A stretch of DNA of 48,358 nt from Vitrella brassicaformis CCMP3155 (lineage: Eukaryota > Protista > Chromerida), in assembly GCA_001179505.1 (NCBI GenBank), contig CDMY01000578.1:1-48358 (forward strand), in the 5' to 3' direction. Position 1 is the first letter of the stretch, and each line of letters begins with the position of its first letter. The notes under the pieces are model-generated. The model was not told the DNA's origin. It did not search any database and saw only the letters and a program-made list of their open reading frames with translations. Of this stretch, positions 37,408 to 48,358 are shown piece by piece. A program made the position numbers and the translations under genes.

Positions 37408-37945
37408 ATGGCGCGTCGGAGCAGCCGTCTGGCGGCTAAAGCTGGCGGCGCGGTGAAGCAGAATGAGAGTCCCAAGGAGGTCAAGGCGCCTGCTCGACGG
37501 GGAAGGGGAGCCGCCAAGGTGAGGGAGTGGGCTGCACTGCACCGACGAGAGCCACAGTTATCCTGCATTCTGTGCCTCTAATGCGCCGGATGTGTGGCTG
37601 CAGAAGAAAGCTGCCCAGCCCAAGCCCAAGCCGCCCCGTCAGATCGCCAAAGTGAGCATAACACATGGATGGATGGATGGATGCAGAGAGCATCGGTGGA
37701 CGGCGTGTGTCTGTGTGTGTGTGAATCAGGTTGCCGGCAAGGGTCAGATGGTCGTTGACGACGAACCCGACGAGCCCATGACGCCCATCGTAGACAAAAA
37801 GGTGGGCGATCACCTCCACCCTCTCATCCACGTGCGACCACCACTCACTCACTCATGAATGTCTGTGTGTGTGGATGTGTGGATGTGCGTGCAGGTTGGC
37901 AAGAAGGCACCGCAGAAGAAGAAGGCCCCGCCCGCACCCAAGAGG
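37408..37945 (+). CDS. 5' part (exons 1-4) of a Cdc25-like paralog, cut by a gap
   Basis: MARRSSRLAAKAGGAVKQNESPKEVK…VGKKAPQKKKAPPAPKR. It differs from the copy at 43793 (N/D, K/N). About 400 bp of upstream DNA is also shared. Confidence 0.75.
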
Positions 37946-38245
37946 NNNNNNNNNNNNNNNNNNNNNNNNNNNNNNNNNNNNNNNNNNNNNNNNNNNNNNN
38001 NNNNNNNNNNNNNNNNNNNNNNNNNNNNNNNNNNNNNNNNNNNNNNNNNNNNNNNNNNNNNNNNNNNNNNNNNNNNNNNNNNNNNNNNNNNNNNNNNNNN
38101 NNNNNNNNNNNNNNNNNNNNNNNNNNNNNNNNNNNNNNNNNNNNNNNNNNNNNNNNNNNNNNNNNNNNNNNNNNNNNNNNNNNNNNNNNNNNNNNNNNNN
38201 NNNNNNNNNNNNNNNNNNNNNNNNNNNNNNNNNNNNNNNNNNNNN
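37946..38245. other. Assembly gap (300 N)
   Basis: N run. Confidence 0.98.
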
Positions 38246-38701
38246 GGGGTGAGGGGAAGGCGACAGGGGCGGCCGCCTTGGTGTAGGGATAGACGAAGAA
38301 GAGCGGCTCGTCGTACTTAACCTCCAACTTCTGCCACCAGAGTGAAAAGGATTCGTTCATGAGGAGGGATATGGCCGTGCCATGTGTGTGTGCGTGTGGG
38401 TACCTTGAGCGGCTTGGCGATGCCCTGCTGAATGTATGCGAGCGCCTCTGTCTGAGGCCATGATCCCGGTCATTTTCGGACGATCGTCGAAGTACACGTG
38501 TGTGAGTTTGGGGAGGGATGAGAGGAGGCGGGAGAGGCGGTTTGGCGTGCTGGGCGGCATCAGGTACTCGGGGTCGCAGGTTGGCACGGTGTGCTTGTTG
38601 CCGTTGTCCGTCAGGTGCAGCTCGGTCACGTTACTGAATCGACACATCCACAGACATTAAGCGAAGCGTCTTTATTACTCTCTCCCTCCCTCCCTCCCTC
38701 T

Positions 38702-38733
<32 letters not shown>

Positions 38734-39847
38734 TTCTCTCACCACAGTGACTTGAGCGTGCTATCATCGGTCAGCCACTGGGGGATGCTGTTGAAGGACT
38801 CGGCATCGACATCGGGGGCGGTGGCGAGCTCGACCTCCAGGCGCCTGGCGCCGTTGAACCGGATGCCGCTGAAGTGCGGGCTGGTGGGATCGCCCGACCA
38901 GCTACAGCAACCCTCCAAGGTCAAACTGTCCCCCCCTGCCGCGTGCCGTTTGATGGTCTCCACCAGCTCGAGGGTCTCGGCGGTCGGCGGGCCCTCGGTG
39001 GTCTCACCACAGCAGTCTATGGATGTCGTCCCTCCCTCCCTCACCACCTCCCACCCCATCATCTCCGCCTCACGAATCGTCTTGAGTGCGTCATTGGGCG
39101 TGACGTAATTGGGCCAGACAGGTTGATGGTTCAGGTCATGAATCAGCAACGGACATTGGATCTTCAGCTGGCGCTTCGTGGCGGCCTTCGACGGGGAGGG
39201 GGACGGAGAGGAGCCCGCCGCGCCGCCGCTGCCTGGCGTCAGCTGGCGCAGCAACGTCACCACCCTGCTGGTCTCCACTTTCCCGCCCCACAGCTTGAGG
39301 TGGCCCACGTGGCGCAGGTTCTTGAGCGATGGGAGGACAGCGGTGGTGAGGGGCACCGCGCAGGGGCACCGACGGTAGGCACCGCAGCACAGCAGTGGGA
39401 AGATGTCCAGGTGGCTGAGGGCGGGGGACGAGCCCAGCACGAACGCCAGACTGCCATCAAACGCACTGCGCATGGATGCCCGTTTGGCGTCAAGGGACGG
39501 GGACCGCTCCCAGTCGCACGCGATGTGGTCTGTCTCGTCCTCAGAGAGGACCTTGCCGGTGAGCCGGTCGAGGGCCGGGCAGACGAGCTTCTGCTGCTGG
39601 AAGAGATGCAGTCCGTCGAGGCTGTCCACCTCAACCGACGTCACCGAGGGAAACACCGCGTCGGGCCCCTTGACCTGCGCCACCAGCAGGCCACTCGCCT
39701 CTTGGTCGGCATCATCATTCCCGTCTCTCTGCTGCTTGGCTCGTGTCGTCTGGATGGCCTTGAGCGTGTCGGTGTGGCAGACCAGCTGCAGAGAGGCGAA
39801 GGCAAAGAGCCGCGCCCGGCCGATCTCCTCGACCTCCTCCTCTCTGG
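38246..39847 (-). CDS. F-box/LRR-like protein, paralog A (both ends in gaps)
   Basis: Long exon near-identical to 40244-41350, followed by the exons NVTELHLTD…LSRLLSSLPKLTHVYF and KLEVKYDEPLFF. Confidence 0.8.
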
Positions 39848-40147
39848 NNNNNNNNNNNNNNNNNNNNNNNNNNNNNNNNNNNNNNNNNNNNNNNNNNNNN
39901 NNNNNNNNNNNNNNNNNNNNNNNNNNNNNNNNNNNNNNNNNNNNNNNNNNNNNNNNNNNNNNNNNNNNNNNNNNNNNNNNNNNNNNNNNNNNNNNNNNNN
40001 NNNNNNNNNNNNNNNNNNNNNNNNNNNNNNNNNNNNNNNNNNNNNNNNNNNNNNNNNNNNNNNNNNNNNNNNNNNNNNNNNNNNNNNNNNNNNNNNNNNN
40101 NNNNNNNNNNNNNNNNNNNNNNNNNNNNNNNNNNNNNNNNNNNNNNN
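39848..40147. other. Assembly gap (300 N)
   Basis: N run. Confidence 0.98.
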
Positions 40148-40243
40148 AGACATTAAGCGAAGCGTCTTTATTACTCTCTCCCTCTCTCCCTCCCTCCATC
40201 CCTCCCCCCTCTCTCTCTCTCTCTCTCTCTCTTTTTCTCTCAC

Positions 40244-41673
40244 CACAGTGACTTGAGCGTGCTATCATCGGTCAGCCACTGGGGGATGCTGTTGAAGGAC
40301 TCGGCATCGACATCGGGGGCGGTGGCGAGCTCGACCTCCAGGCGCCTGGCGCCGTTGAACCGGATGCCGCTGAAGTGCGGGCTGGTGGGATCGCCCGACC
40401 AGCTACAGCAACCCTCCAAGGTCAAAGTGTCCCCCCCTGCCGCGTGCCGTTTGATGGTCTCCACCAGCTCGAGGGTCTCGGCGGTCGGCGGGCCCTCGGT
40501 GGTCTCACCACAGCAGTCTATGGATGTCGTCCGTCCCTCCCTCACCACCTCCCACCCCATCATCTCCGCCTCACGAATCGTCTCCACTGAGTCACTGGAC
40601 CAGGCAGGTGGGTAGTCCACGTGACGAAACCGCCAGGGATGAATCAGCAGCGGACAGTCGATCTTCAGCTGGCGCTTCGTGGCGGCCTTCGACGGGGAGG
40701 GGGAGGGAGAGGGAGAGGGGGAGGGGCAGCCCGCCGCGCCGCCGCTGCCCGGCGTCAGCTGGCGCAGCAACGTCACCACCCTGCTGGTCTCCACTTTCCC
40801 GCCCCACAGCTTGAGGTGGCCCACGTGGCGCAGGTTCTTGAGCGATGGGAGGGCAGCGGTGGTGAGGGGCACCTCGCAGTTGCTGCTCAAGTAGACACCG
40901 CAGCACAGTAGTGGGAAGATGTCCAGGTGGCTGAGGGCGGGGGACGAGCCCAGCACGAACGCCAGACTGCCATCAAACGCACTGCGCATGGATGCCCGTT
41001 TGGCGTCAAGGGACGGGGACCGCTCCCAGTCGCACGCGATGTGGTCTGTCTCGTCCTCAGAGAGGACCTTGCCGGTGAGCCGGTCGAGGGCCGGGCAGAC
41101 GAGCTTCTGCTGCTGGAAGAGATGCAGTCCGTCGAGGCTGTCCACCTCAACCGACGTCACCGAGGGAAACACCGCGTCGGGCCCCTTGACCTGCGCCACC
41201 AGCAGGCCACTCGCCTCTTGGTCGGCATCATCATTCCCGTCTCTCTGCTGCTTGGCTCGTGTCGTCTGGATGGCCTTGAGCGTGTCGGTGTGGCAGACCA
41301 GCTGCAGAGAGGCGAAGGCAAAGAGCCGCGCCCGGCCGATCTCCTCGACCTCCTCCTCTCTGGGCAGCAGGATGACGGCGTGCTGCTGCTGCTCGAACGT
41401 CACCAGGCTGCCGCCCGGTCCCTGGCAGCTGAGGCCGTGGTTGGGGCGGCGCCAGTTGATGACCCGGATCAGTGAGTAGATGGACCAGTAGAAGGCCCGG
41501 CACACGCAGCTCATCGCCAGGCGCTCCTTGACAGACTGATACGATGACACGTTGAGCCAGATGAGCCCATCTAGAAGGCTCGTGAGGCTTCTCCGCGCGG
41601 CGAGGCTGGACGGGTGGTCATCGCTCTGGGCCGGAGGGGCTGTGCGCGGGGCTTTGGTTGGCGGGCCGTCCAT
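40244..41673 (-). CDS. F-box/LRR-like protein, paralog B (exon 1; 3' exons in gap)
   Basis: ~476-codon open exon. F-box-like SLTSLLDGLIWLNVSSYQSVKERLAMSCVCRAFY, followed by LRR-like units FPSVTSVEV, SPALSHLDI and LPSLKNLRHVGHLKL. Confidence 0.85.
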
Positions 41674-41994
41674 CGCTTACCACACACACACACCAGAGAT
41701 CAGCTACGCCCCTCCAGCTTCCTGCAGATTCACACACACGCAACCGCAGGAGGATGCCATAGCGTCAGGCGTGCCGTTTTTCCCTACCCGCTTACAGTTA
41801 TTGCGATGAACATTCATAGGCTGCCGGCACGTCTTCTTCTCCCTCTCATCCATCGTCGTGGCGGCCCGCTGTGTGTCTTCTTGCGGATGGCGGGCAGCCG
41901 ATGGTCTGTCCAGTCTTGAGTATCGCTACGACAGCCAAGACCCTACAGCACTCATACAGCCGGTCCCTCCCCCTTGAGTTTTGCGAGCTTGAAG

Positions 41995-42294
41995 NNNNNN
42001 NNNNNNNNNNNNNNNNNNNNNNNNNNNNNNNNNNNNNNNNNNNNNNNNNNNNNNNNNNNNNNNNNNNNNNNNNNNNNNNNNNNNNNNNNNNNNNNNNNNN
42101 NNNNNNNNNNNNNNNNNNNNNNNNNNNNNNNNNNNNNNNNNNNNNNNNNNNNNNNNNNNNNNNNNNNNNNNNNNNNNNNNNNNNNNNNNNNNNNNNNNNN
42201 NNNNNNNNNNNNNNNNNNNNNNNNNNNNNNNNNNNNNNNNNNNNNNNNNNNNNNNNNNNNNNNNNNNNNNNNNNNNNNNNNNNNNNNNNNNNNN
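41995..42294. other. Assembly gap (300 N)
   Basis: N run. Confidence 0.98.
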
Positions 42295-43165
42295 GCAGTC
42301 CGTCGAGGCTGTCCACCTCAACCGACGTCACCGAGGGAAACACCGCGTCGGGCCCCTTGACCTGCGCCACCAGCAGGCCACTCGCCTCTTGGTCGGCATC
42401 ATCATTCCCGTCTCTCTGCTGCTTGGCTCGTGTCGTCTGGATGGCCTTGAGCGTGTCGGTGTGGCAGACCAGCTGCAGAGAGGCGAAGGCAAAGAGCCGC
42501 GCCCGGCCGATCTCCTCGACCTCCTCCTCTCTGGGCAGCAGGATGACGGCGTGCTGCTGCTGCTCGAACGTCACCAGGCTGCCGCCCGGTCCCTGGCAGC
42601 TGAGGCCGTGGTTGGGGCGGCGCCAGTTGATGACCCGGATCAGTGAGTAGATGGACCAGTAGAAGGCCCGGCACACGCAGCTCATCGCCAGGCGCTCCTT
42701 GACAGACTGATACGATGACACGTTGAGCCAGATGAGCCCATCTAGAAGGCTCGTGAGGCTTCTCCGCGCGGCGAGGCTGGACGGGTGGTCATCGCTCTGG
42801 GCCGGAGGGGCTGTGCGCGGGGCTTTGGTTGGCGGGCCGTCCATCGCTTACCACACACACACACCAGAGATCAGCTACGCCCCTCCAGCTTCCTGCAGAT
42901 TCACACACACGCAACCGCAGGAGGATGCCATAGCGTCAGGCGTGCCGTTTTTCCCTACCCGCTTACAGTTATTGCGATGAACATTCATAGGCTGCCGGCA
43001 CGTCTTCTTCTCCCTCTCATCCATCGTCGTGGCGGCCCGCTGTGTGTCTTCTTGCGGATGGCGGGCAGCCGATGGTCTGTCCAGTCTTGAGTATCGCTAC
43101 GACAGCCAAGACCCTACAGCACTCATACAGCCGGTCCCTCCCCCTTGAGTTTTGCGAGCTTGAAG
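42295..43165. repeat. 871-bp direct repeat of 41124-41994, including F-box start C at 42844
   Basis: No difference seen by eye at a constant offset of 1171. It flanks a gap, so it is either a third copy or an unmerged overlap. Confidence 0.9.
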
Positions 43166-43792
43166 TCGAAAACTTGGCCGTCAGCGCTAGGGCGCTGGTG
43201 GGGAATCGCCATACCAATGCAGCCGACGATGGATAAGGTTGATAGATGCAGCAGACACAACAGCATGCAAAAGTTCTAGAAGTTGTGCAGCAGTGGTTTC
43301 AGGGTTACGACCCTAAGGTACATTCCGTGAAACCGCTCCCTCTAGGGTATTGTAGCCCTGCACGTGTTTGGCGAGAGAGGGCCTCAGTGAGGAACCGTAT
43401 CGACCGGTGGAAGATAGGTTTGCGTCCCTTTATCGCGGGGAGGCCTGCAGCAGCAGTCGACGAGTGGCGGAGCGGACGACTTGGAGGCATTTCGGTCACC
43501 AGCAGGACAGGTGAGGGCGGCAGCGTGCGACAGGGAAGGCAGCAGCCCGCATTCCCTCCACAACGAACGTTTCCCTTACGCATGCAGTGCTGGAGCATTC
43601 TTGGCGTGTGGTGAGAGCACCGCTCTCGGGGTACTCGGCAGTCTAGAAGAGGGTCATTCATAGCTCGTGATTCAGAGGCCACGGTGAGGTCCCCATGAAG
43701 GCGAGCTGCACGAGTGCGTTCACCGATGGCGACTTTGCAATCCTCTGTGTGTGTGCAGGAGGCCGTGAGTTTGTCGTGAGTTTCGTGTAGCG

Positions 43793-46424
43793 ATGGCGCG
43801 TCGGAGCAGCCGTCTGGCGGCTAAAGCTGGCGGCGCAGTGAAGCAGGATGAGAGTCCCAACGAGGTCAAGGCGCCTGCTCGACGGGGGAGGGGAGCCGCC
43901 AAGGTGAGTGGGCTGCACTGCACCGACGAGCGCCACAGTTATCCTGCATTCTGTGCCTCTAATGCGCCGGATGTGTGGCTGCAGAAGAAAGCTGCCCAGC
44001 CCAAGCCCAAGCCGCCCCGTCAGATCGCCAAAGTGAGCATAACACGTGGATGGATGGATGGATGCAGAGAGCATCGGCGGACGGCGTGTGTGTGGGAATG
44101 TGTGTGTGTTTGTGAATCAGGTTGCCGGCAAGGGTCAGATGGTCGTTAACGACGAACCCGACGAGCCCATGACGCCCATCGTAGACAAAAAGGTGGGCGA
44201 TCACCTCCACCCTCTCATCCACCTGGGACCATCACTCACTCACTCATGGATGTCTGTGGGTGTGGCTGTGTGGATGTGCGTGCAGGTTGGCAAGAAGGCA
44301 CCGCAGAAGAAGAAGGCCCCGCCCGCACCCAAGAGGAAGAACCCACCGAGGGTACGCTCACCACTTTGACATGGGCACCTGAAGCCTTACCACCGACACG
44401 CGTGACTGTGTTGTGTTTGTGTCAGGGTGGCAACCGAGGCGGCGGCAACCATCGCAGGGACCGCACCCCCTCACCGCCGCGGACACCTCCCATGGCGGTG
44501 GACGAGCATGAGAACGCCCATATGGTCCGCACGCCGCCGCCGGGCATGTTCCACGCGCCGCAGCCGGGCAACGCTCCTCCTCAGGTGAGGGAGGGAGGGA
44601 GGGAGGGACGGAGGGACGGAGGGAGGGAGACGCGACCGCACGACCACCACACACATACCTTCACACATTGTGTGTGTGTGTAGGGTCCCCCTCAACATCC
44701 CGCGTCTAGGGGTCTGCGGCAGGACTCGAACTACAAGAACGTTACCAACATCCGCACTGATGAGGTGGGCGAGGCGACTGACCGACTGGCAGCCTGNNNN
44801 NNNNNNNNNNNNNNNNNNNNNNNNNNNNNNNNNNNNNNNNNNNNNNNNNNNNNNNNNNNNNNNNNNNNNNNNNNNNNNNNNNNNNNNNNNNNNNNNNNNN
44901 NNNNNNNNNNNNNNNNNNNNNNNNNNNNNNNNNNNNNNNNNNNNNNNNNNNNNNNNNNNNNNNNNNNNNNNNNNNNNNNNNNNNNNNNNNNNNNNNNNNN
45001 NNNNNNNNNNNNNNNNNNNNNNNNNNNNNNNNNNNNNNNNNNNNNNNNNNNNNNNNNNNNNNNNNNNNNNNNNNNNNNNNNNNNNNNNNNNNNNNNGCCC
45101 AAGCCCAAGCCGCCCCGTCAGATCGCCAAAGTGAGCATAACACGTGGATGGATGGATGGATGCAGAGAGCATCGGCGGACGGCGTGTGTGTGGGAATGTG
45201 TGTGTGTGTGTGAATCAGGTTGCCGGCAAGGGTCAGATGGTCGTTGACGACGAACCCGACGAGCCCATGACGCCCATCGTAGACAAAAAGGTGGGCGATC
45301 ACCTCCACCCTCTCATCCACCTGGGACCACCACTCACTCACTCATGGATGTCTGTGTGTGTGGCTGTGTGGATGTGCGTGTAGGTTGGCAAGAAGGCACC
45401 GCAGAAGAAGAAGGCCCCGCCCGCACCCAAGAGGAAGAACCCACCGAGGGTACGCTACGCTCACCACTTTGACATGGGCACCTGAAGCCTTACCACCGAC
45501 ACGCGTGACTGTGTTGTGTTTGTGTCAGGGTGGCAACCGAGGCGGCGGCAACCATCGCAGGGACCGCACCCCCTCACCGCCGCGGACACCTCCCATGGCG
45601 GTGGACGAGCATGAGAACGCCCATATGGTCCGCACGCCGCCGCCGGGCATGTTCCACATGCCGCAGCCGGGCAACGCTCCTCCTCAGGTGAGGGAGGGAG
45701 GGAGGGAGGGAGGGAGACGCGACCGCACGACCACCACACACATACCTTCACACATTGTGTGTGTGTGTGCAGGGTCCCCCTCAACATCCCGCGTCTAGGG
45801 GTCTGCGGCAGGACTCGAACTACAAGAACGTTACCAACATCCGCACTGATGAGGTGGGCGAGGCGACTGACCGACTGGCAGCCTGACGAGCGGCACACAC
45901 ATCCCTGGGAATCTCTCATCTCTGTTCCTGTGTGTGGTGTGTGTGCAGTTGAAGCGGGCGATGGACAGCCCGGAGCTGTCGCCCTACCTGCACGTTTGGG
46001 ACGCACGGCTCAAGGGAGAGTTCGACGGTACGCCCGCAGACATTCCACTCAACCGGGCCCACCACCCCCACACACGCCGGACACACACCCACTGTGTGTC
46101 AATGCTGTGTGCAGGGGGGCACATCGCCGGGGCCCGCCACGTCGAGTCGGTCCAGGGCGTCATCGATGAGTTGTGGGATGAGAACGGGGCCGCCAAACTG
46201 CCCGAGCCGCACCGTCAGGTGGGTCGTGACAGGACACACACACACAGCCACGGCTGGCCATGTGTGTGTGTCTGTGTGCGTCAGAATTTGGTTTTCCATT
46301 GCGAGTACTCCCAGAGCGCGCCGTGGTGCTCCTGCAGATGTTGGAGAAGTTCAACGGCTGGAATGCGCCCGACGACCAGGTGGGTGGGTGGTGGGTTGGG
46401 TGGGGCCATCGGACAGCTAAACCC

Positions 46425-46455
<31 letters not shown>

Positions 46456-46936
46456 GTGCAGGGCTACCAGCACATGTACTTGTTAAGAGGGGGATACAAG
46501 GACTTCCATTCCCGCTACCCCGTAAGCCACACACTCACACACCAACCGGGACACACACATACACACCCCACTGTGTGTGTGTGTGTGTGTGTAGGACCTG
46601 TGCGGGCCGTATATCAAGGAGGAAATGTTGCCGACTGTAAGCAGCCAACACACCCCACCCCACCACACACGTGTGCACCATAGATGTGTGTATGTGTGTC
46701 CATGTCTGTCTGCAGATGGGGGCCCATCGGAATGAGCGTGGCAAACAAATAAAGAACATGAGAGACAAACTCAACGTACGCAACGCCCGTGATCAGTGGA
46801 CAAATGTGTTTATAGCTATCTATCTGTGTGTGTGTGACGTGTTCAGAAGAAAGCTGACTTCGTGGCTCTGGTTGGCGAGCTCGAGGAGCCCCCGGAGCGC
46901 TGGCTCGTGCCGCGCGCCGGAGCAGCCGTCTGCTGA
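43793..46936 (+). CDS. Cdc25-like (rhodanese-fold) phosphatase with low-complexity N-terminus
   Basis: VWDARLKGEFDG|GHIAGA, NLVFHCEYSQ[E]RAVVLL, YQHMYLLRGGYKDFHSRYP|DLCGPY. The CX5R loop needs one base restored at ~46314. The gene spans a gap and a duplicated exon block. Confidence 0.85.
44797..45096. other. Assembly gap (300 N)
   Basis: N run. Confidence 0.98.
45097..45885 (+). repeat. Second copy of Cdc25-like exons 2-6 (matches 43999-44796)
   Basis: Near-identical but with substitutions (AAC/GAC, GCG/ATG) and small intronic indels. Confidence 0.9.
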
Positions 46937-47524
46937 GCACACACTACCTCTGACAGCCTAGTTAGCCCATTGCTGCTCTGTTCTTCAGCCGCTCCATGAG
47001 TTAGCTTTAGGAAAGGGGCAGTGATGGGATAACTGACGAGGGCTGGCAGGGGGGTGTATGTGCACATGGGGGGTCAAGTGGCTGGCTGTGTGGGAGTGTT
47101 TGTCGTGACAGACTGTCTGTCTGTCTGTCTGATGGCCGGTTGGTATGCATACAGACAGACAGTGAGTGACATCAATGAGTGAATGGGATCACTCACCCAC
47201 TCACAGCCATGGTCGGGTGAGGTGAGCTGAGGGGCTGCGTGATGGATTGCTGGACGGACGGACGTGTGGACGGACACACTGCATACATACATACATGTGA
47301 CATGTGTGTGGCGTGAATGGACACCAAAATCACGGGCAGGCAGTGCGCTGGAGGCTGACTGGACGACCCGTACTCACTCACAGCCATGGTCGGGTCGGGT
47401 GGGGTGAGGGGGTGCGTAGATGCGATCGATGTGCACGGCCAAGCGCAACCGATCGCGACCTTCTCTCGTCGTTCGTTGCTTGTATTTGGTTGTTGCAAGG
47501 GCACCTGAAGGTCACAATCACAAA

Positions 47525-48102
47525 TCAGATCAGCAGCGGCTGCGCCTCCGGACAGACAGACAGACAGACAGAGGAGAGGGGGCCCGGCCGGTGTGTCTCT
47601 GACTCGGAGGCGACTCGCGGGACGGAAGACAGAGAGGCGGCCTGAGCGACTCGGGTGGGAGGCCAACGGAGGGAGACTCTCGGGTGTCTTCGTGTGAAGC
47701 CGCATTGGTCGGCAGCTAGAGCGCCCCTCGGGAACTAATTGCGGCACAACAACGGCGCGCAGACAATTGATTGACGCGAGAGGATATACACACACACATA
47801 TACACGCACACACCGATGGCTCTCTCGTCTGTCCGTCTGTGTCTCTCTCTCTCTCCCGTATAGCCAGCCAGCCAGCCAGCCAGACAGCCAAAGTTCTCTC
47901 GTAGTGCGCAGCTTCTGCGTCAGACGCCGAAAGCTTCGTTGAGAAGCACATCTCATAGACGTGAGTCTGTCGAAGTGTCTCTTGTGGTATCGCTCGTTGA
48001 TCTCTGCCGGCGGTGCATGGCGAGACGACCCCGGGGCCTTGTAGAGGTCATCCCCGAGACGCAGAGGAGGAGACATAGGGTGGCAATGAAGACGGCCTTC
48101 AT
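47525..48102 (-). CDS. Small secreted hypothetical protein, apparent frameshifts, 3' end uncertain
   Basis: Signal-like MKAVFIATLCLLLCVSG. Adding one G at C4 48052-48055 continues it as DDLYKAPGSSRHAPPAEINERYHKRHFDR. Confidence 0.45.
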
Positions 48103-48358
48103 CTGAATGAATCGCTGGCCGTCTTTTTTGCCGTGCGTGTCGCCCACGGCGACAACTCGGCAGATGATGACAACAGGCAGCCCGCACACACGCGGGTGGC
48201 CGCTCGTGTGGCCTTCCCGACACACTTGCGGGTCCAAGAGGGAGGCAGATTGGAAATGACGTGGGTGCATTCATAACAGTGACATGGATGCGTATCTATG
48301 GCACTCGAGTAGTCTGCCCCACCCCACTACCTGCTCAGTTGTCTCTCAATCGGTTGGT

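Noticed and set aside
39083-40638. Diversity-generating retroelement behind the F-box variable blocks
   Set aside because: Differences are not adenine-restricted (e.g. CCC/TCC, GCA/TCA), and no reverse transcriptase is present in the window.
202-41479. Long antisense or intron-spanning ORFs (e.g. 202-723, 7409-8176, 38874-40256, 40919-41479)
   Set aside because: They are shadows of real GC-rich exons or read-throughs of VC/HT microsatellite introns, with no independent motifs.
42295-43165. Definite third F-box paralog
   Set aside because: Apparently identical to 41124-41994 across a placeholder gap, so it may be an unmerged contig overlap.
1-48358. rRNA, tRNA or other structured RNA genes
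   Set aside because: None recognised by eye. tRNAscan-SE or Infernal would be needed to exclude small RNAs.

Overview
Intron-dense, GC-rich eukaryotic DNA with very short exons and (GT)n/(CA)n/(GACA)n-filled introns. By style and gene families it most resembles a chromerid alveolate such as Vitrella; this is an inference, since no search was run. No rRNA, tRNA, CRISPR array or transposase was seen, and most ORF-track entries are antisense shadows or intron read-throughs. All gene models were spliced by eye, so exon counts and ends are approximate. Left to right: an F-box-like gene (-); an atypical protein kinase (+); a mosaic of gene fragments including a copy of the IMPACT 3' end; trypsin-like protease copy 1 (+); a hypothetical gene (-); IMPACT (-); a TLDc gene (+); a ~13 kb multi-exon type I membrane adhesin-like gene (-) head-to-head with a membrane-anchored papain-fold gene whose catalytic Cys is replaced by Ser (+); a TLDc pseudogene; trypsin copy 2 (-); a gap-riddled duplicated region holding F-box/LRR-like paralogs with hypervariable patches and repeated 5' halves of a Cdc25-like phosphatase; and a small secreted-protein gene (-). 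About a dozen reading frames are broken by single-base indels, mostly in homopolymers and most likely consensus errors. The best leads are the adhesin/pseudoprotease pair, the F-box paralogs with equal-length hypervariable blocks, and the relocating trypsin module with its shuffled flanks.
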